This document shows positions 24,601 to 38,200 of a stretch of DNA of 53,205 bases, piece by piece. How positions within the stretch are numbered: position 1 is the stretch's first letter; each line of letters opens with the position of its first letter. Below the pieces are notes generated by a model. The model ran no database searches and was not told where the DNA came from. It saw only the letters and a program-made list of their open reading frames with translations. The DNA lies in the NCBI GenBank assembly GCA_000934665.2, contig JYFJ02002649.1:1-53205 (forward strand), given 5' to 3'. A program made the translations under genes and the position numbers. Source of the DNA: Catajapyx aquilonaris (lineage: Eukaryota).

Positions 24601-25930
24601 CCTTATTGACAGGAGAATTGGCTGAGAGGCTGCCAATTCAACTCAAAGTTGACACCAATTTCATGCTGCAGGCCAAAGTGACACATATCCATTCTTTTTT
24701 TCAAAAGTTCTCCAATAGGATGTGGTTTTGACAATGACGCTGTGTTGAGCCATAGTGTCTGGGACCATGTCCACATATGGAACCAATATCCAAGCATGTG
24801 TGAAGCTACTAACAGTCACAGCAGATATCATGTCATAGCCAAAATTTCGACTTCATGGACATGTGACGTTCTGTACGGTGACTCTACATTATATACTTGC
24901 CTTGTTAATGTATGAATTTTCTGGTATGTAATAATCATCGTAGTTTCCACTGAACTCCATTTGTTGGTAGAGGACACAGTTCAGGCACTCCAATATTACT
25001 CTACAGTTGGACGAACTCCACCGACTTGAGTTTGAAGCTGCAGTGGAATCACATTGCAGTAACAGTGGATGGTCAGGTTTCCTCTGCCTCACTTCCTCCC
25101 GAACCCGCTCCACCACGTCATCCACAAACTTCTGCAAGCCTGCACATGAGGCATCCAGTGTGGGCTGACACCACCGGGCAACCAAGACTGCTCCGTAAAG
25201 GGTGGTCTGCTCCCCAGGAGGAAGTGCTAGGAAATGTGCCCACTCTTTAGTGAGGTGGATGTGCTGCACATGGCGAATTACCTTCTGGGCATAATACTTG
25301 GGAGTCAGGTTGGCATTGCTGTAGATAAAAGAGAGACGCGGTTAACACACTAATCAGACTGCTCAAGTGCAGGGCAATCAAAACACCACAAACCTGTGAC
25401 CATCATTCAGTATGGACATGAGCTCGTCCATGAGTTGGCTGTAGCCAAACTGATGCTGCTCCACCATAGCTTCAAAGGGTGCAAAGTCTGCCTTGGAAAT
25501 CTCCTCCAGCTGGAAGAACTGGGGCGACATGGTGGCGACAACGCGTCGCACCTCTTGCCCGTTGAATATCCTGCATTTGAATTCTTGCCTCCAATCAACT
25601 TGATGAACATTTGTATATTCAGAAAATAATTTGGGCCACCTGAAAATAATCCGCTTCAGAGTTACACAGACACTCCATTATTTGGGCAAGCCAAAAAACA
25701 AAATCCTTTCTGACTGCCATGCCAAATGAGTGGGCCACTATGCACCTTTGCTTGTACTTGGTCTTCCAGACTTCGTTCCCCTCCGATGCCAGGTGCAGCC
25801 TGGTGCAGGTGGCCCCGAATCTCAGCACATCCCTGTGGTCCAGGGAAGGGCGGCTGAGGATCAGGTCCCAGATCTCGTAAGGGATCCGGAGAACCGGACC
25901 CACCACCTCTTGGCCCAGAACGTCCGCCAT
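21622..25930 (-). CDS. FBXO21: F-box only protein 21 (F-box, transglutaminase-like, YccV/HspQ domain)
   Basis: F-box (LRIPYEIWDLIL...TCTRLH), GIPITLCILY...LGVHLEPVNFPSHF and YccV-type segment (MKHKRYNYTCVIFGWD...QPFYNVLVEDGSTRYAAQENL) are spread over several exons. Confidence 0.93.
22122..22461 (+). mobile_element. tRNA-derived SINE, family B, with target-site duplication
   Basis: The head carries a GGTTCGATCCC B box. A 14-bp TSD ACTTATGAATTACC sits at 22108-22121 and 22462-22475. A homologous copy lies on the minus strand at 38183-38543. Confidence 0.85.
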
Positions 25931-25992
25931 TTTCACTCTAGTAGGCCTGTGAATGATACGGAATAAACCAGGGATGCCAACATGATCATGGA

Positions 25993-28437
25993 ATGGCAGA
26001 CGGAAAAGGACGATGTAAAGGTGTGGGGCACAGTCACTTCAGAGAAAGGGCTGGGATCGTACGTACCATGGACAATGCAGAGGATGTCAATGTCGGAGGC
26101 GTCACCTGCTCAACAACTGGGAAGCAGGTTCGAAAAACTAAGAATAAAGCAACGGAAAAGTTGAAAAGGTGAGTTCTTCTAGCAGACATCCAGACATGGG
26201 CAATAAATGACACTACTGCGTTTACCATCCAGGTACGAAGATCCTGGTCCAGGACTCGTTCCAACCTGCGAGCATGGGCGGCAGAAAGTGTTTGAATGCA
26301 GCAAATTCTCAGAAGAGGATGTGGAACACTTTCATAGAGACTTCTGGAGAAATAAGACTTGGAATATGACCAGGGGAGATTCCTGTCGGCATACATTTTT
26401 GCATGCGGCACGAGGCATGATGACAGCAAGAGGAAGACCTTCGATGCCAAGTATTTTGGCAGGTTGAAGTACTTGGTTCGGATATATGCAAGACTGCTCT
26501 GATTAACATGCTGAACATCAAGAAGTCCCGCCTTCCGACCATCATTAAGGGACTCCACAAGGAAGGTGCAGCACCACGGGATGGTCGGGGGTGGTATCCA
26601 GGGCGATCGTGCGGAAGACTGTCGAGAGTCCGCCGTAAATGCGTCATTAAGTTTATAGGTGCGTGTGTCATTTACTGTGCGGAAAACGAAACTACGATCT
26701 GACGTCACCGTCACACAACAATATGAGTAAACAGTGTCAACAAAAAGAACATTGTTTACTCCTATATTGTTGCATGAGAACAAAATGATGATGTCAGAGC
26801 GTCGTTTAGTTTTCTGCACTTTATGTACCTAAATAGCAGCAGAGCCTGTTCTTTCCATGGCCAAATAATAGGTAGCCGTTTCATACCAATTTCATTTCCA
26901 TTTTATACCCATTACATAAGGGCAAAGTTTGTTTATTTTTTTTGTTTGTCCAGGTTTGGTCACTATGGCAAATAGATGTCCATGGCTATGTAACCTAAAA
27001 TGGCCATGAAATGGACAAACAAACTTTGCCTTTTACACTATAATTGTACAAGATTAGTGGTACTTATGGCATCAAAGAACCCGTTATAAATATCTTGATT
27101 TTTCTCTTTACAGGTAAACTGGAAGCCCGAGAAAGCCATTATGGATGTCAAAAACCTGCCAGATAGTATTACTTGCCAAGTGAGCTGCAGAATATAAAGA
27201 AAATATGGAAGATCTACTCTGACTCAGTGTCAGTGCCGGAGAGCAAACAAGTGTCATACTCTACCTTTCGCAAAATTTTCAATGAGAAGTTCAACCTGTC
27301 GTTGACATCTTCCAGGAGCGATCTGTGTCCCACCTGTACGCTGCTCCTGGAGAGAATCACCTCGGGAAATACAGATGAAGAGAAAGTGTCTTTCATGACA
27401 GAAAAATGTGTTCATGTTTGCGTGCAAAAGCATTTTACGCAATAATGAGGGAAGGTGGCGAAGATCCTCAAACTGTATGTTTAACATTTAGCTGCATGCA
27501 AAATCAGGTGCTTCCGCGTGTCCCGGATCAAGCTGCCTACTACAGTCAGCAACTGCATTTGTTTGTGCTGGGAATTGTTCGTGTCATGAGTGATGGTAAC
27601 ATGGTCAAAGAAAATGTTCACAGTTATGTCTGGTTAGAAAGTGAGGCTGAAAAAGGTAGCTCTGAAATAGCAAGTGCTGTGAATGATAGGCTCATGAAGA
27701 TTGATTACACTGGGAAAGAGAGAATCTTACTGGTGTGTGATGGATGTTCCCGACTGAATAAAAATTCCACTATGTTGAGCATGGTTTGCCAATGGATGAC
27801 GGTTTTTGCACCAAGTCATGTCAAAACATTGGAACTGCTCTTCCCCGTAACTGGGCATTCATTTCTGCCCTCGGACAGGGCTTTTAGTGTTTTCGAGAAA
27901 AGCATTTGCAAACACAAGGCAATAATAGACCCACAGATGTATTGCAACATATTAGGAGAAACGGCAACAGTTCATCGTTTTGGATGTGATAATGACAGTG
28001 GGTGGGTCGCGGAAGACTGGAAGAAGTTTGCAGACGAGCACTGCAAGGCACCTCTTCCTTTCATGGAGACTAAGCGTATTTTCATAATGAGTGGCCACAC
28101 TGTACTTGTCGAAGCAGAACAGAATTATCTCTCCCTTCATAAAATGAATGGGGTGGACATTGCGAAGCATGGACAAGCTTGGAGCAGGCAACCACTTTTG
28201 AAAGCTGTCCCAGTCTCTGTGAATCATTCAAAGTTACATGACGTTGCTGATCTGCTCTTAAAGCACTATGGAGCAAATTGGAAGGACTTGGACACCCTGA
28301 AGTATTATCGGCAATGTATCAAGAAGGCTGACAGTCATGAAGCAATTGAAATGCCTGATCAAGATGAGCAACATGGAATCAGCGCTGCAGAAGGTGAATG
28401 TGCATGCCTCGATGATGAGGTCAGCAACTTTGTTTGA
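25993..28437 (+). pseudogene. Intron-containing DDD/E transposase pseudogene, Sola-like
   Basis: Motifs include ESHY, YLPSEL, DLCPTC, RAKAFY, YYSQQL, DGCSRLNKN and GHSFLPSDRAF. GT-AG introns lie at ~26169-26232 and ~26659-27113. An in-frame TAG occurs near 27164 and a frameshift near 27415. The superfamily call comes from recalled motifs. Confidence 0.7.
26917..27035. repeat. Small inverted-repeat element (MITE-like) in the transposase intron
   Basis: TAAGGGCAAAGTTTGTTT at the left pairs imperfectly with AAACAAACTTTGCCTTTTA at the right. Confidence 0.5.
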
Positions 28438-28694
28438 AATTTTACAGAATCACTGCCAGTTTTTAATTACATAATGTATGATATACAGATGAAAGTCTAA
28501 TGCAGATAGAAATAAAATAAATTGTTTGTACAAATATGGGGTAACACTTGCTTATTTAATGCAATTTACAACTGAGACTTATAATATTTGTGTTAGTAAC
28601 ATATTACAGAATAACTGTTACTTACCATTATATTCCACACATTTGTGCCAATGGGAGTCCAAGAACTTACCCAAACTTATTCAGAGCAGCCAAC

Positions 28695-28751
28695 GAGATC
28701 AGGGAAATTGCAAGAGATCAGGGAAATTGCAAGAGATCAGGGAAATTGCAA
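28695..28751. repeat. Tandem repeat, 19 bp x3
   Basis: GAGATCAGGGAAATTGCAA occurs at 28695, 28714 and 28733. Confidence 0.9.
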
Positions 28752-29263
28752 GGTCGCTCCTATAGTCTCATGGAATATTAATACTATCAAAACAGAATGC
28801 ATGCCATTTTATTCGTGTTTTTAAAACACCACAAGTCATTTTTCATGCAAGTCGAATGTAACTGGCCCACAGTACATAATCAAATGTCATTCCATTTGTA
28901 CAATGTTTCTCTAATACTGATCAGTCCTTAGCAGGACACAATCCTTTGTGAACAAAAGATTACGTTGGATATAGATCACTACAGAGTGCGAAAAAGAATA
29001 TCCATGAGTAAAATGACCTCATACCAGTAAAAAATTTAAAGAGGGTAACAATATTCCCCATTCAGGTAGACATCAGGAGATGGATATCACAGAAAAAGGT
29101 ACCAGTAGCTGTTTAGAATTACTTTTTTTTTGGTCTGGGCCTAAACCAGTTTTGCACCAAAACCAATCATCAACAGTTAATTGTTTAGTTAATCCATCTC
29201 CAGGTGGAAACCTGATGCAATTAAGAAAACGAAGAACAAGTAAAAAAGTTCGATAGTGTAGGA

Positions 29264-32200
29264 TTAACGCCCAGCGTCATATCCTGGAAATAAATTCAGC
29301 AATGCTTTTGAGAGGGCTTCATTCACTTCTATCTTGTATGCCTTCCCCAATTCAAACCGGCAGCAGGGGCAGGTGAACACTTCTGCTTTGAAAGACCGTC
29401 TCAGGCAAGTCTGAAAATAATTCACAGATGAAATGTTACATGAGAGGTGTGGTGTCGCCCATTCAAATGATACAGCCAATTTAAAAAATGAAAACGTGAC
29501 CAATGAGAGGAAATTGATTTGACTCACCCTGCAGATGTTGTGTTTGCACGTTGTGGTGACTGGTTTGCACACCACCTCCTGGCAGCATATGCAGGTGAAA
29601 GTTTCTTCCACCTTTTCCAAGAATTTCTGCTTGCCTTCACCTGCTGCTGCCTTACATCCATCCCAGAGCTTGATGTTGGCCGTATCCTTTTCAGTCAGGG
29701 TGATAATCTCCTCCTCCAGTTCATACGTCAGTGACTTGACCTTCTTTGGGCTTGGGCTCTGGGTCTCCTCAACTGATGCCCGCGTTGATGATCTGGTCCT
29801 CTTGCCCCTTCCTTTCCCTTTCGGTGAGGGCTCATCACTGGAGTCACTCCCTTTGTTGCCCTTCTGTCCTAGTGCCTCCAGGTAACCGTCTGGATACTAG
29901 ACACAAAATAAAGATTTGAAGGTATTTCCATTATCTGTTTGCCTATAATGAAGTGGTGCTTTCAGTATGAAGCCTTCTAATTTATTCAATATTGTGACTA
30001 TTTATTATTGCTATTATGGTAGCTGTTACCTGCCCTCCCTTCAAAATAAATAATACTTGGTGAAAATAATTATATGGATGGAAGCAGGGCAAATGACTCA
30101 CAATCATTTTGAGACCCAGCTCGTTAATCCTTTTCTTCCCTTCCTTGGTCCAAGGAGCAGGGTGAGGATCATCCCTCCGCAGGAGGTATCGCCACACCAG
30201 AAACCCAGACTTGCCTTCTTCTGGCCAGTACTTTACAACCTTGTAAATTCCGTCGTATCTGTACCACAAAAAGTAGACAAAGTGTAAAATACAAGTACTT
30301 GATCACTAATTGAGGCAAATTCAGGCTCATTCAAAAACACCAGTGGCGTTACATTTCAAAACTTATTTTTACAACGGAGTGGATTCTCGTTATCTCCAGT
30401 ATGAAAATATTAAATATTAATAAAAATGTTCTATTTGTGAAATGAAACACATTTTTATTGCACATAGTAGGCCACTGCATTCTTAGAAATTCTATCCTAT
30501 TTTGTTGGTAATAGCTTTTGTTGAAGTCTGAATATGTGCAAATTGTAAATTAAATTGCATCACAGTACAGTTACAAGTGAACTACAGTTAACACCTGCCT
30601 AGTGCCAGGCTATGTCCATATTCCAAGCCTAATCTATAATGTACCCAAGTCATGAACCAGTCTAGCATAGGTAAGCAAAATCGACTGGGATTAACCAAGG
30701 GCGAATTTCATCTAGCCTCGGAGGAATTAGAGGGCAATCCATGTTGTTGGATGCCTCCTGCCCAATTCCAAGGCAAATACAGTACAGTACCAGTATTGTA
30801 TTGTTATAGAGTCTATTATCTTTGACAGTTAATTGTGTTAATTGATATCTTCTTGTGTATCATTTTTAAATTTAACTTATCACACGTATGTATGTTTAAA
30901 AAGTATACTACATACGATTCAGTATTATCCCACAGGTTTCACTGATCTGTGGAGTTGTTTGGAACCAATTACAGGGATAATGGTGGCCCGTTGTATTATG
31001 AGCCTCAAATATCAATTTTAGAAAGCAAGTATCGATGGCACACACCTGTTTCCATCATCAGGGGCATATTTGGAATGCTTCTTGAACTTGTAGTTGCGGA
31101 TGACACGGACAGGCTTGCCTCCTTCCCAATTACTAGCTTCAGCTCCATCCTTAATGTTTAATTTAGCATTGCAGTTCAGTGCTAGAGCCCTGGTTGTAAA
31201 GAATTAGGAACGGCATGTTACACTACCCTCGCAATATAAACTTCTTACTAGTCTTACTTATTGGTTCGGGTAAGTTTCTGATCACAGCTCTGATCAGCAG
31301 TCCTTTTGTTTCCTGACAAGTCCCTCCCTCCAGAGCCAGTGTATGTAAATTCATCACCATCATCAGCATCATCTTCGTATCCCCCTGCTAGAACAATGCT
31401 GTATGCACCATCCTTTTCTGTCCCATGCATGCCAGCAACATGTGGCCGGTGAACTCCAGCTTCTGAGGCTTGCAGACGAAATTTCCAGCTTTGGCCCACC
31501 TCCACCCCAGGTATGGGGCCAAAGTGGTGCGGAGGGATAATGGTGCAAACCTTTGTACGCCCAGCGCAAGCAAATCCTGTGCCCCAATTACGGCTGGACG
31601 TTGTAGTAGATGAGGCCATCTTCTGGCGGCGCTTGCTCTCCTTCAGCTTGGCCCCAGCAGACACGATTTCCCCTGCGTCATTCTTACACTCAGGGCAGAA
31701 CCTGTTTCCAAAGGACCATGTTAGTGGTAGCTTATTTTGAATTTGTTAATCTTAGAGAATATTGTACCAAATAAGCATGGATTAAGCAGGATGCACATTT
31801 TCCTTCATTAATCCTTCATTAATTAACAAGATTTTTGGAGCAAATAGTGCATTAGAGTAGAGGCATGCAGAAACTTTCGATGGATTCTCTCCATGTACAG
31901 TGGTGGCCATAATTATCCTACCTTTTTGTTTTTTGGGCATAACATTTTTCAGAGTTATCCAATTGAGTTGAAAATTTAACGTGCTATGCACAAAGGCATT
32001 TGAAGCGAATGTAAGATTTGAAGAATTTCTGAGTTGTAGAAGAAAAATAAACAATGTTTTTGTTTATTTTTTCAAGTACTTCAAAATTAAACAAAATCTT
32101 CAAACAACCACAAACTGATTGTGGGATCTTCTTCCCCTCTACCGCCAGTTGCTTGTACTTATCAGTGGTACTGGATGCTCTTTTATTCTTCAGATGACCT

Positions 32201-35200
32201 CCCAGATCCTCCCAGAAGTCCTTGATCGGATTGGGGTCCAGAGATCAGCTTGGCCAGTCTGTTATGGCCACCCTGTACTGGTGCAGCCAATGGCTGACGA
32301 TCGCGGAGGAGTGCTTTGGGTTGTTGTCATGCTGGTACAGTAGAGATTGGCCAAAAGCACTCCTTGCATATGGCCACACGACTTCTTGGAGGATATCCCT
32401 GCACACCTCCTTGGTCAAGATACCTACAATTCGGTGCAGGAGATCGATTCCAAGAGAGCTGAAGCAGCCCCAGACTAGAATGGATCCCCTGCCTTGCCTG
32501 TAGGTCGGCATCCAGTGCTTGAGATCGAATTCGTCACCTTTGGGACGATGAACGTAGTCTATGCCATCAGTTCCAAACATCAGGCTCTTTGATTCGTCTA
32601 ACCAGAAGACTTCGCACCACTGTCTCTGTATCCAGTTGAGATTGGGCTGCTTCAGCTCTCTTGGAATCGATCTCCTGCACCGAATCGATCTCCTGCAGGG
32701 ATGTCCTCCAAAGTCATGTGTCCATATGCAAGGAGTGCTTTTGGCCAATCTCTACTGTACCAGCATGACAACAACCCAAAGCACTCCTCCGTGCTAATCC
32801 ACACTTGGCTGTACCAGTAGAGGGTGTCAATAATAGACTGGTCAAGCTGATCTCTGGACCCCAATCCGATCAAGGACTTCTGGGAGGTCATCTGAAGAAC
32901 GAAAGAGCATCCAGTATCACCGACAAGTACAAGCAACTGGCGGTCGAGTGGAAGAAGATCTCACAATCGGTGTTGGACAAGTTGGTCGCCTCAATGCCTC
33001 GCAGATGTCAAACTGTCACCAACGTCAAGGGTTACCAGACTAAAGTACAAGATGTGAGTGATTAGCTTGTCTAATTTTGTAGCATTTGGTTGAGTTTTCA
33101 GAATGTTACAGTTGTTTGAAGATTTTGTTTAATTTTGAAGTACGTGAAAAAATAAACAAAAACATTGTTTATGTTTCTTTTACAACTCAGAAATTCTTCA
33201 AATCTGACATATTCTCATCAAATGCCTTAGTGCATAGCATGTTAAAATTTCAACTAAATCGGATAATGCTGAAAAAAGTTATGCCCAAACAACAAAAAGG
33301 TGATATAATTATGGGCTACTACTGTATGTGTGGGTTTTCTCAGATTTCCCCCATTTCCTTCCACAATCAAAATCCATCTTAAAAAGACCTTAAAATGCCC
33401 CAGCATGCATATCAGGGGTGTCAAGATTAAAGGACAGTGAAGCCTGTATTTCCATGAATTTTTTTAACAATTCTAGCTCGCACTGTTCTCATTCATACCA
33501 TCATGTAGCTCTCACATCAATCTCCTACTCACCATTCATCGTCATCAGGTATTTCCTCTAGTGGTGGGTTCAAGCAGTAAATGTGGTATGGATCATCACA
33601 CTCATCACAAAGCAATTGCTTCGCTGCATCTTGCTTTCCTTGGCAAATCTTACAACCACACTTCCTGCACTTCCTGCCAGGAATATCCCTGCACGCATTG
33701 CATCTAGGGGCACTTGGACGCCTGGACACAGCAGGGGCTTCGATACTGCTCCCTTCACTTCGTTTTAACGTGGGCTCAACCCACAAGACCTCCTTCCATG
33801 ATTTTATCTTGCACCCTTCCATGGCCACATTGTCAGAGCCAGCATGAGCTGTGACCACCAGCTCCTTGTTGGTGCGAGTGTTGGTCACAGAGGTCACTTG
33901 GCACTCATACCAAAAGCCTCGTTCTTCAGGGTTTACCACATTGTAGTTGGCCAAAATTAAGCTTCCTGGATTCAGCTCCTCTAAGGTGGCCATTCTGTGG
34001 GGGCGAGGGCGGACATCCGGAAGGAGGAGATGGTAGTTGTATTCTCCATATCTAAAGAATAAGTGAGGATGAGCAACACACTGCAACTGCCAAATCTTGA
34101 TTTTAACATATGTAAAAGTAGGATGACTGAATAAACACATATCATTAACATGGGCAAGGAAAATCTAGATTTACAGCTGAGGTAATGATCCAACATCAAA
34201 TGTTTACATAACTTACGCATCAAATTTTGTGATATAGATGCATCCATCCTTAAGGTCCTTGTTCAGACCCTGACGCTGCGGCAAAATCTCACCCTTGGGG
34301 TTCTTCTTGATTCGAACTACTACGCCTTCAAACCATGCTCCAAAGCAAGGATCTCGGCAGTCCACCTTATCACCAACCTTATAATACTCGCTCTCACAGT
34401 CTTCTCCTGATTCATCATCATCTGAATCATTATCTTCATCCTATTTCAGAATGGTACAATAAACAACTTGATCAAAAGTAAATGGTACAGTGAAACCTGT
34501 GTATTACGGAATCGCAAGAGACCCTAAAAATTTTCCGTAATGGATAGGTTTCCATATTCAGATCAAGGACATTACTAGAGAGGAAAATGGGGAGAGCAAA
34601 AATAAGCACAGTCTTACCTTCAATATGGTACAAAATCAGTCCACCACACACTTTTTTCCGCGAAATTCTGTGCCTGTTGCGGAAACTTTCCAACCACCCA
34701 TTTGAAACACTAACTTTTGCCATACCAAGTTTTTGGGCTATTAATTTTGCCTATTCTTTTGGACCATCTGCCAGGACACGAGCAATACATTGAACTTTTG
34801 TCAACCCCTTCCTCTTCCCTGACATTTCAAAATTGGACTGAACAGTGAACTGGAAGGCAGGGCACCTACGAATCACAAGTCACAATCTTCTTGGCCCCAC
34901 AAAAATGCCGCATCTCTGTTTCCCAATCAAAAACAGTCCCCTTTCCTCTCTAATATCTTCAAGGTGACTGGTTGATAGCAATTCCAGCAATTAGGAGACA
35001 CAGTATGGTGAAAGGACGGTCAAAAAAGGGTTACTCAGAGGCTTCCTGGGAGGCCCGAGAGTGAACCCAGTTGTAGTTTCTATTTTTGTGACTTGCAGGA
35101 GATAATGTGAACCTTATGATTTCCGTTATGAACGAAGGTTTCCTGTGAAGGGAGACAAAATAATATCCCTTCCGTTTCCGCATTGGGCAAGTTCTGTGCT

Positions 35201-38200
35201 TTCATTGCTCATCAAACTCCTCGTATGTAAATGCACTAACAGGTTTCACATTAAGTTGTACCTTTGAATTCCTCGCCTGATTCTCCTTATCAGAACCTGA
35301 GCTGCCGTCCTCTTCTACTTCTCCATTATCTGTTTTCATCTTCTCATGGTTCTCCTCTGCCTTTTCCTCCCTTTGTTCAATTTTCTGTCGAATCATAACC
35401 TGAATCACATCGTTGAGATTGACCCCATAATCAAACAGCTTGTAGCCATCTTCCAACTGCAAAAGTATACAAACATTATTAGTTTAGAGTTGGCCCTTGC
35501 ACTCTACCACCGCTGTGATCTTCTTCACTGTGCAGAGACTGCCATTTCATATGCAACTCCATGTTAGCTACATTCCCACACTCAAACGAGCCAAATGTCC
35601 ACATCATTATTGAACAACAACAACAAAAATAATGATCAAGATGGTGCATAGGCACTCCCTCTGCACTCTACTGCTGCACTCAGGGGGAAAGTGGTACTAC
35701 TTGCATGTTGGTGATGAGTCACTGCGCAGGCAAAGCCCACCACGACACTATAACCAACGCATGTCTCGCCTCCATTGAAGTGTGCCCCACCCTCCGGAGA
35801 GCAGACCTACTCAGTTCTCTCAGTGTTGAATGGGGAAATTGATAACTATGGTGGCTACATGTACCTAGGCAATGAGTAAACTTGTGAATGGGGTGATTCA
35901 CGCATTGTGAATTCAGTATAATTATGATAATGGTACTGCTCCTAGCATAAAATCAACTAAATGCAGAATTAGAACTCAGGATGTATTTAATCAAGCATTT
36001 GGTCATCACACCACACTCCCATCAACTAAAAGAGGTTCGAGGCAGGGGTAACTTGAGCATGTCTGCGATCAGGCAAAACATTATTTTACTACTTTTAAAT
36101 CACCTGAACATAATCTCCAGTGCCTAAACCTAATTTCCATCTTAGATGAACTGGACACAACCCAATGCTGCATGAGATACAGTCAAAGGGCATAAAACCC
36201 TGGCATGGAATTGAACGTGGCAGTATTGTACACCTTTTTTCACAGATAGCTCCCACCCACATCGCCTTTCCTGGATCACATGTCTTTCAGAATGCCCATG
36301 GCAATAATGCCGGTTCCACACTGGCTTATTTTCTGGCATGGTAAAAATTCCCTAAGGGCTGTCCCATTATTCCAATATTCTCTCCTCTCCCACCTTTCCA
36401 ACATCTAGACAGAGGACAATCTCTGTGGGCTCACCCTGACAAAGTGTGACGAAAGGGCGAATATTGAGCATGCATGGAGGGAGGAACGAATGGGGAAAGG
36501 GCATCATGTGCTGACTTGCACCAAAAAATGGAAATAGGGCTAAATTTTCAAGTCCTCATATGACGTCATGAACTGAATCGGAGAAGCGCTCCACACTGCT
36601 CTTAACGGGGCTACTCCTTGAGAGAAAAGAAGTAGCCCAGTGTGGAGCTGGCTTTACTGACTGTGACATTGGGGTTGGAAAGATGCAAGTTGTTATGAAT
36701 ACATTTGACAGTCTAAGAGACCTAGTAAATTATCACAAGGAAGGCATGACAACACCGCTTTTTTATGAGCCTCATATCGGATTCAGTTATAGTGGTGGGT
36801 GATCCAGAGGGGGGTGGGAGTCAAATTAACACTTAATCACCAACGTGAATCTGCCATACATTGGCTACGACGTGGGGTCTTTACGGACCCCACGCAGTTT
36901 TCATTTTTAAACAAATTTGACTTAATAGCACTAAAGTCATTCTTCCCCGCTAAATTCGGCCTGTATTCTCATCTGTATGTGTAAAAAAATCGATCTCCTG
37001 TGACGATTAGTTGATTCATAAGGGACTTGAGACTCCGTTATCGCACCTTCGTAGCCTTCCAGCTCGATGCCGTAAGTAATGACTTATAACGTAAACATTC
37101 CCAGCTGCAGGGTCTGCAAGATTTTAGTTCCGAGCAATATTTATTGCTGAATAACAACACTCACACTTTATAAAATACAATTTTGCTGTGATGCGTTGTG
37201 ATGTGTTCTCTAAAAAATTATGGACATTGGCTAAGATGTGGGGTATATCTGGACCCCACAGGGACGCTTAGCAGCAAAAAAGTACCGGTAACTCGGCTAA
37301 AAAAAATTCTACTGATGTCAAAATTTTTCATTGGATCGAAGAAAGTATGTCTGAGGAATATAGGCCTGCCATTTTTCAATTCATATAAAATTTATTAACT
37401 GCGATGGTATTAACTACATTGTGGGGTCCAAAAATACCCAACGTTGGTGATTAAGTGTTAAGCAGTGCGTGGGAGCCCCTTCTTAACCCTTAACTACGTA
37501 CGTGGAGCCTGAGCGGTGGTTGGAGCCTCTCAGGCTCCACCTACATAGTTAACCCTTAACTACGTAGGTGGGTGAAACACCTTTAACTACGTAGGTGGAG
37601 CCTGAGAGGCTCCAACGGTATATTTAAATTTATGCTTATCAACTAAATTGTTATATTAGACTTTTCACATACAGAAAGTGCAGTTCAGATCATTAGGCTT
37701 CCGAAAACGTAAAAATCACACTCTGAGTCAGCATATTCTGACAGGGAAAAATGTTTAATTAAAAGGTTACAACTTAGAGCTGCTCTGGCTTCACCTGCAT
37801 AGGGATAGCCTGAGTGGTTAGAGGGACCTGTTCCTCGTTACGAATTTTTTAAAACCAAAGTATACGGACTAAAAAAAAAATTTCTTTCATTTTCATGCTT
37901 AGGAAGGTTTTTCTGACAAAGTCACGGAAGGAGAGTGGAAAATAAAATTCAATGAAAAAGATACATGCGTTTAAATAGTGCTTGGAGCCTCTCAGGCTCC
38001 ACCTACGTAGTTAAGGGTTAAGGGAAATCTGGACAATGTCTGGTACTCCATTTTTGAACCTCTACATGACTGCAGTACCACTCGGCCTCCATTACATAGA
38101 ATTTTACAAACCCCGTTCCTTAATCTGTTCAACTATGACTAACTTCCGCTTGAGTCTGTTGATATAATAATAAAAATAATAAATTTATTTTGTGCTTGTT

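Noticed and set aside
26034..26819. 261-aa minus-strand ORF
   Set aside because: It is the antisense shadow of the transposase pseudogene exons and has no motif of its own.
28695..28751. CRISPR-like repeat
   Set aside because: The units are directly adjacent with no spacers, the context is eukaryotic, and there are no cas genes.
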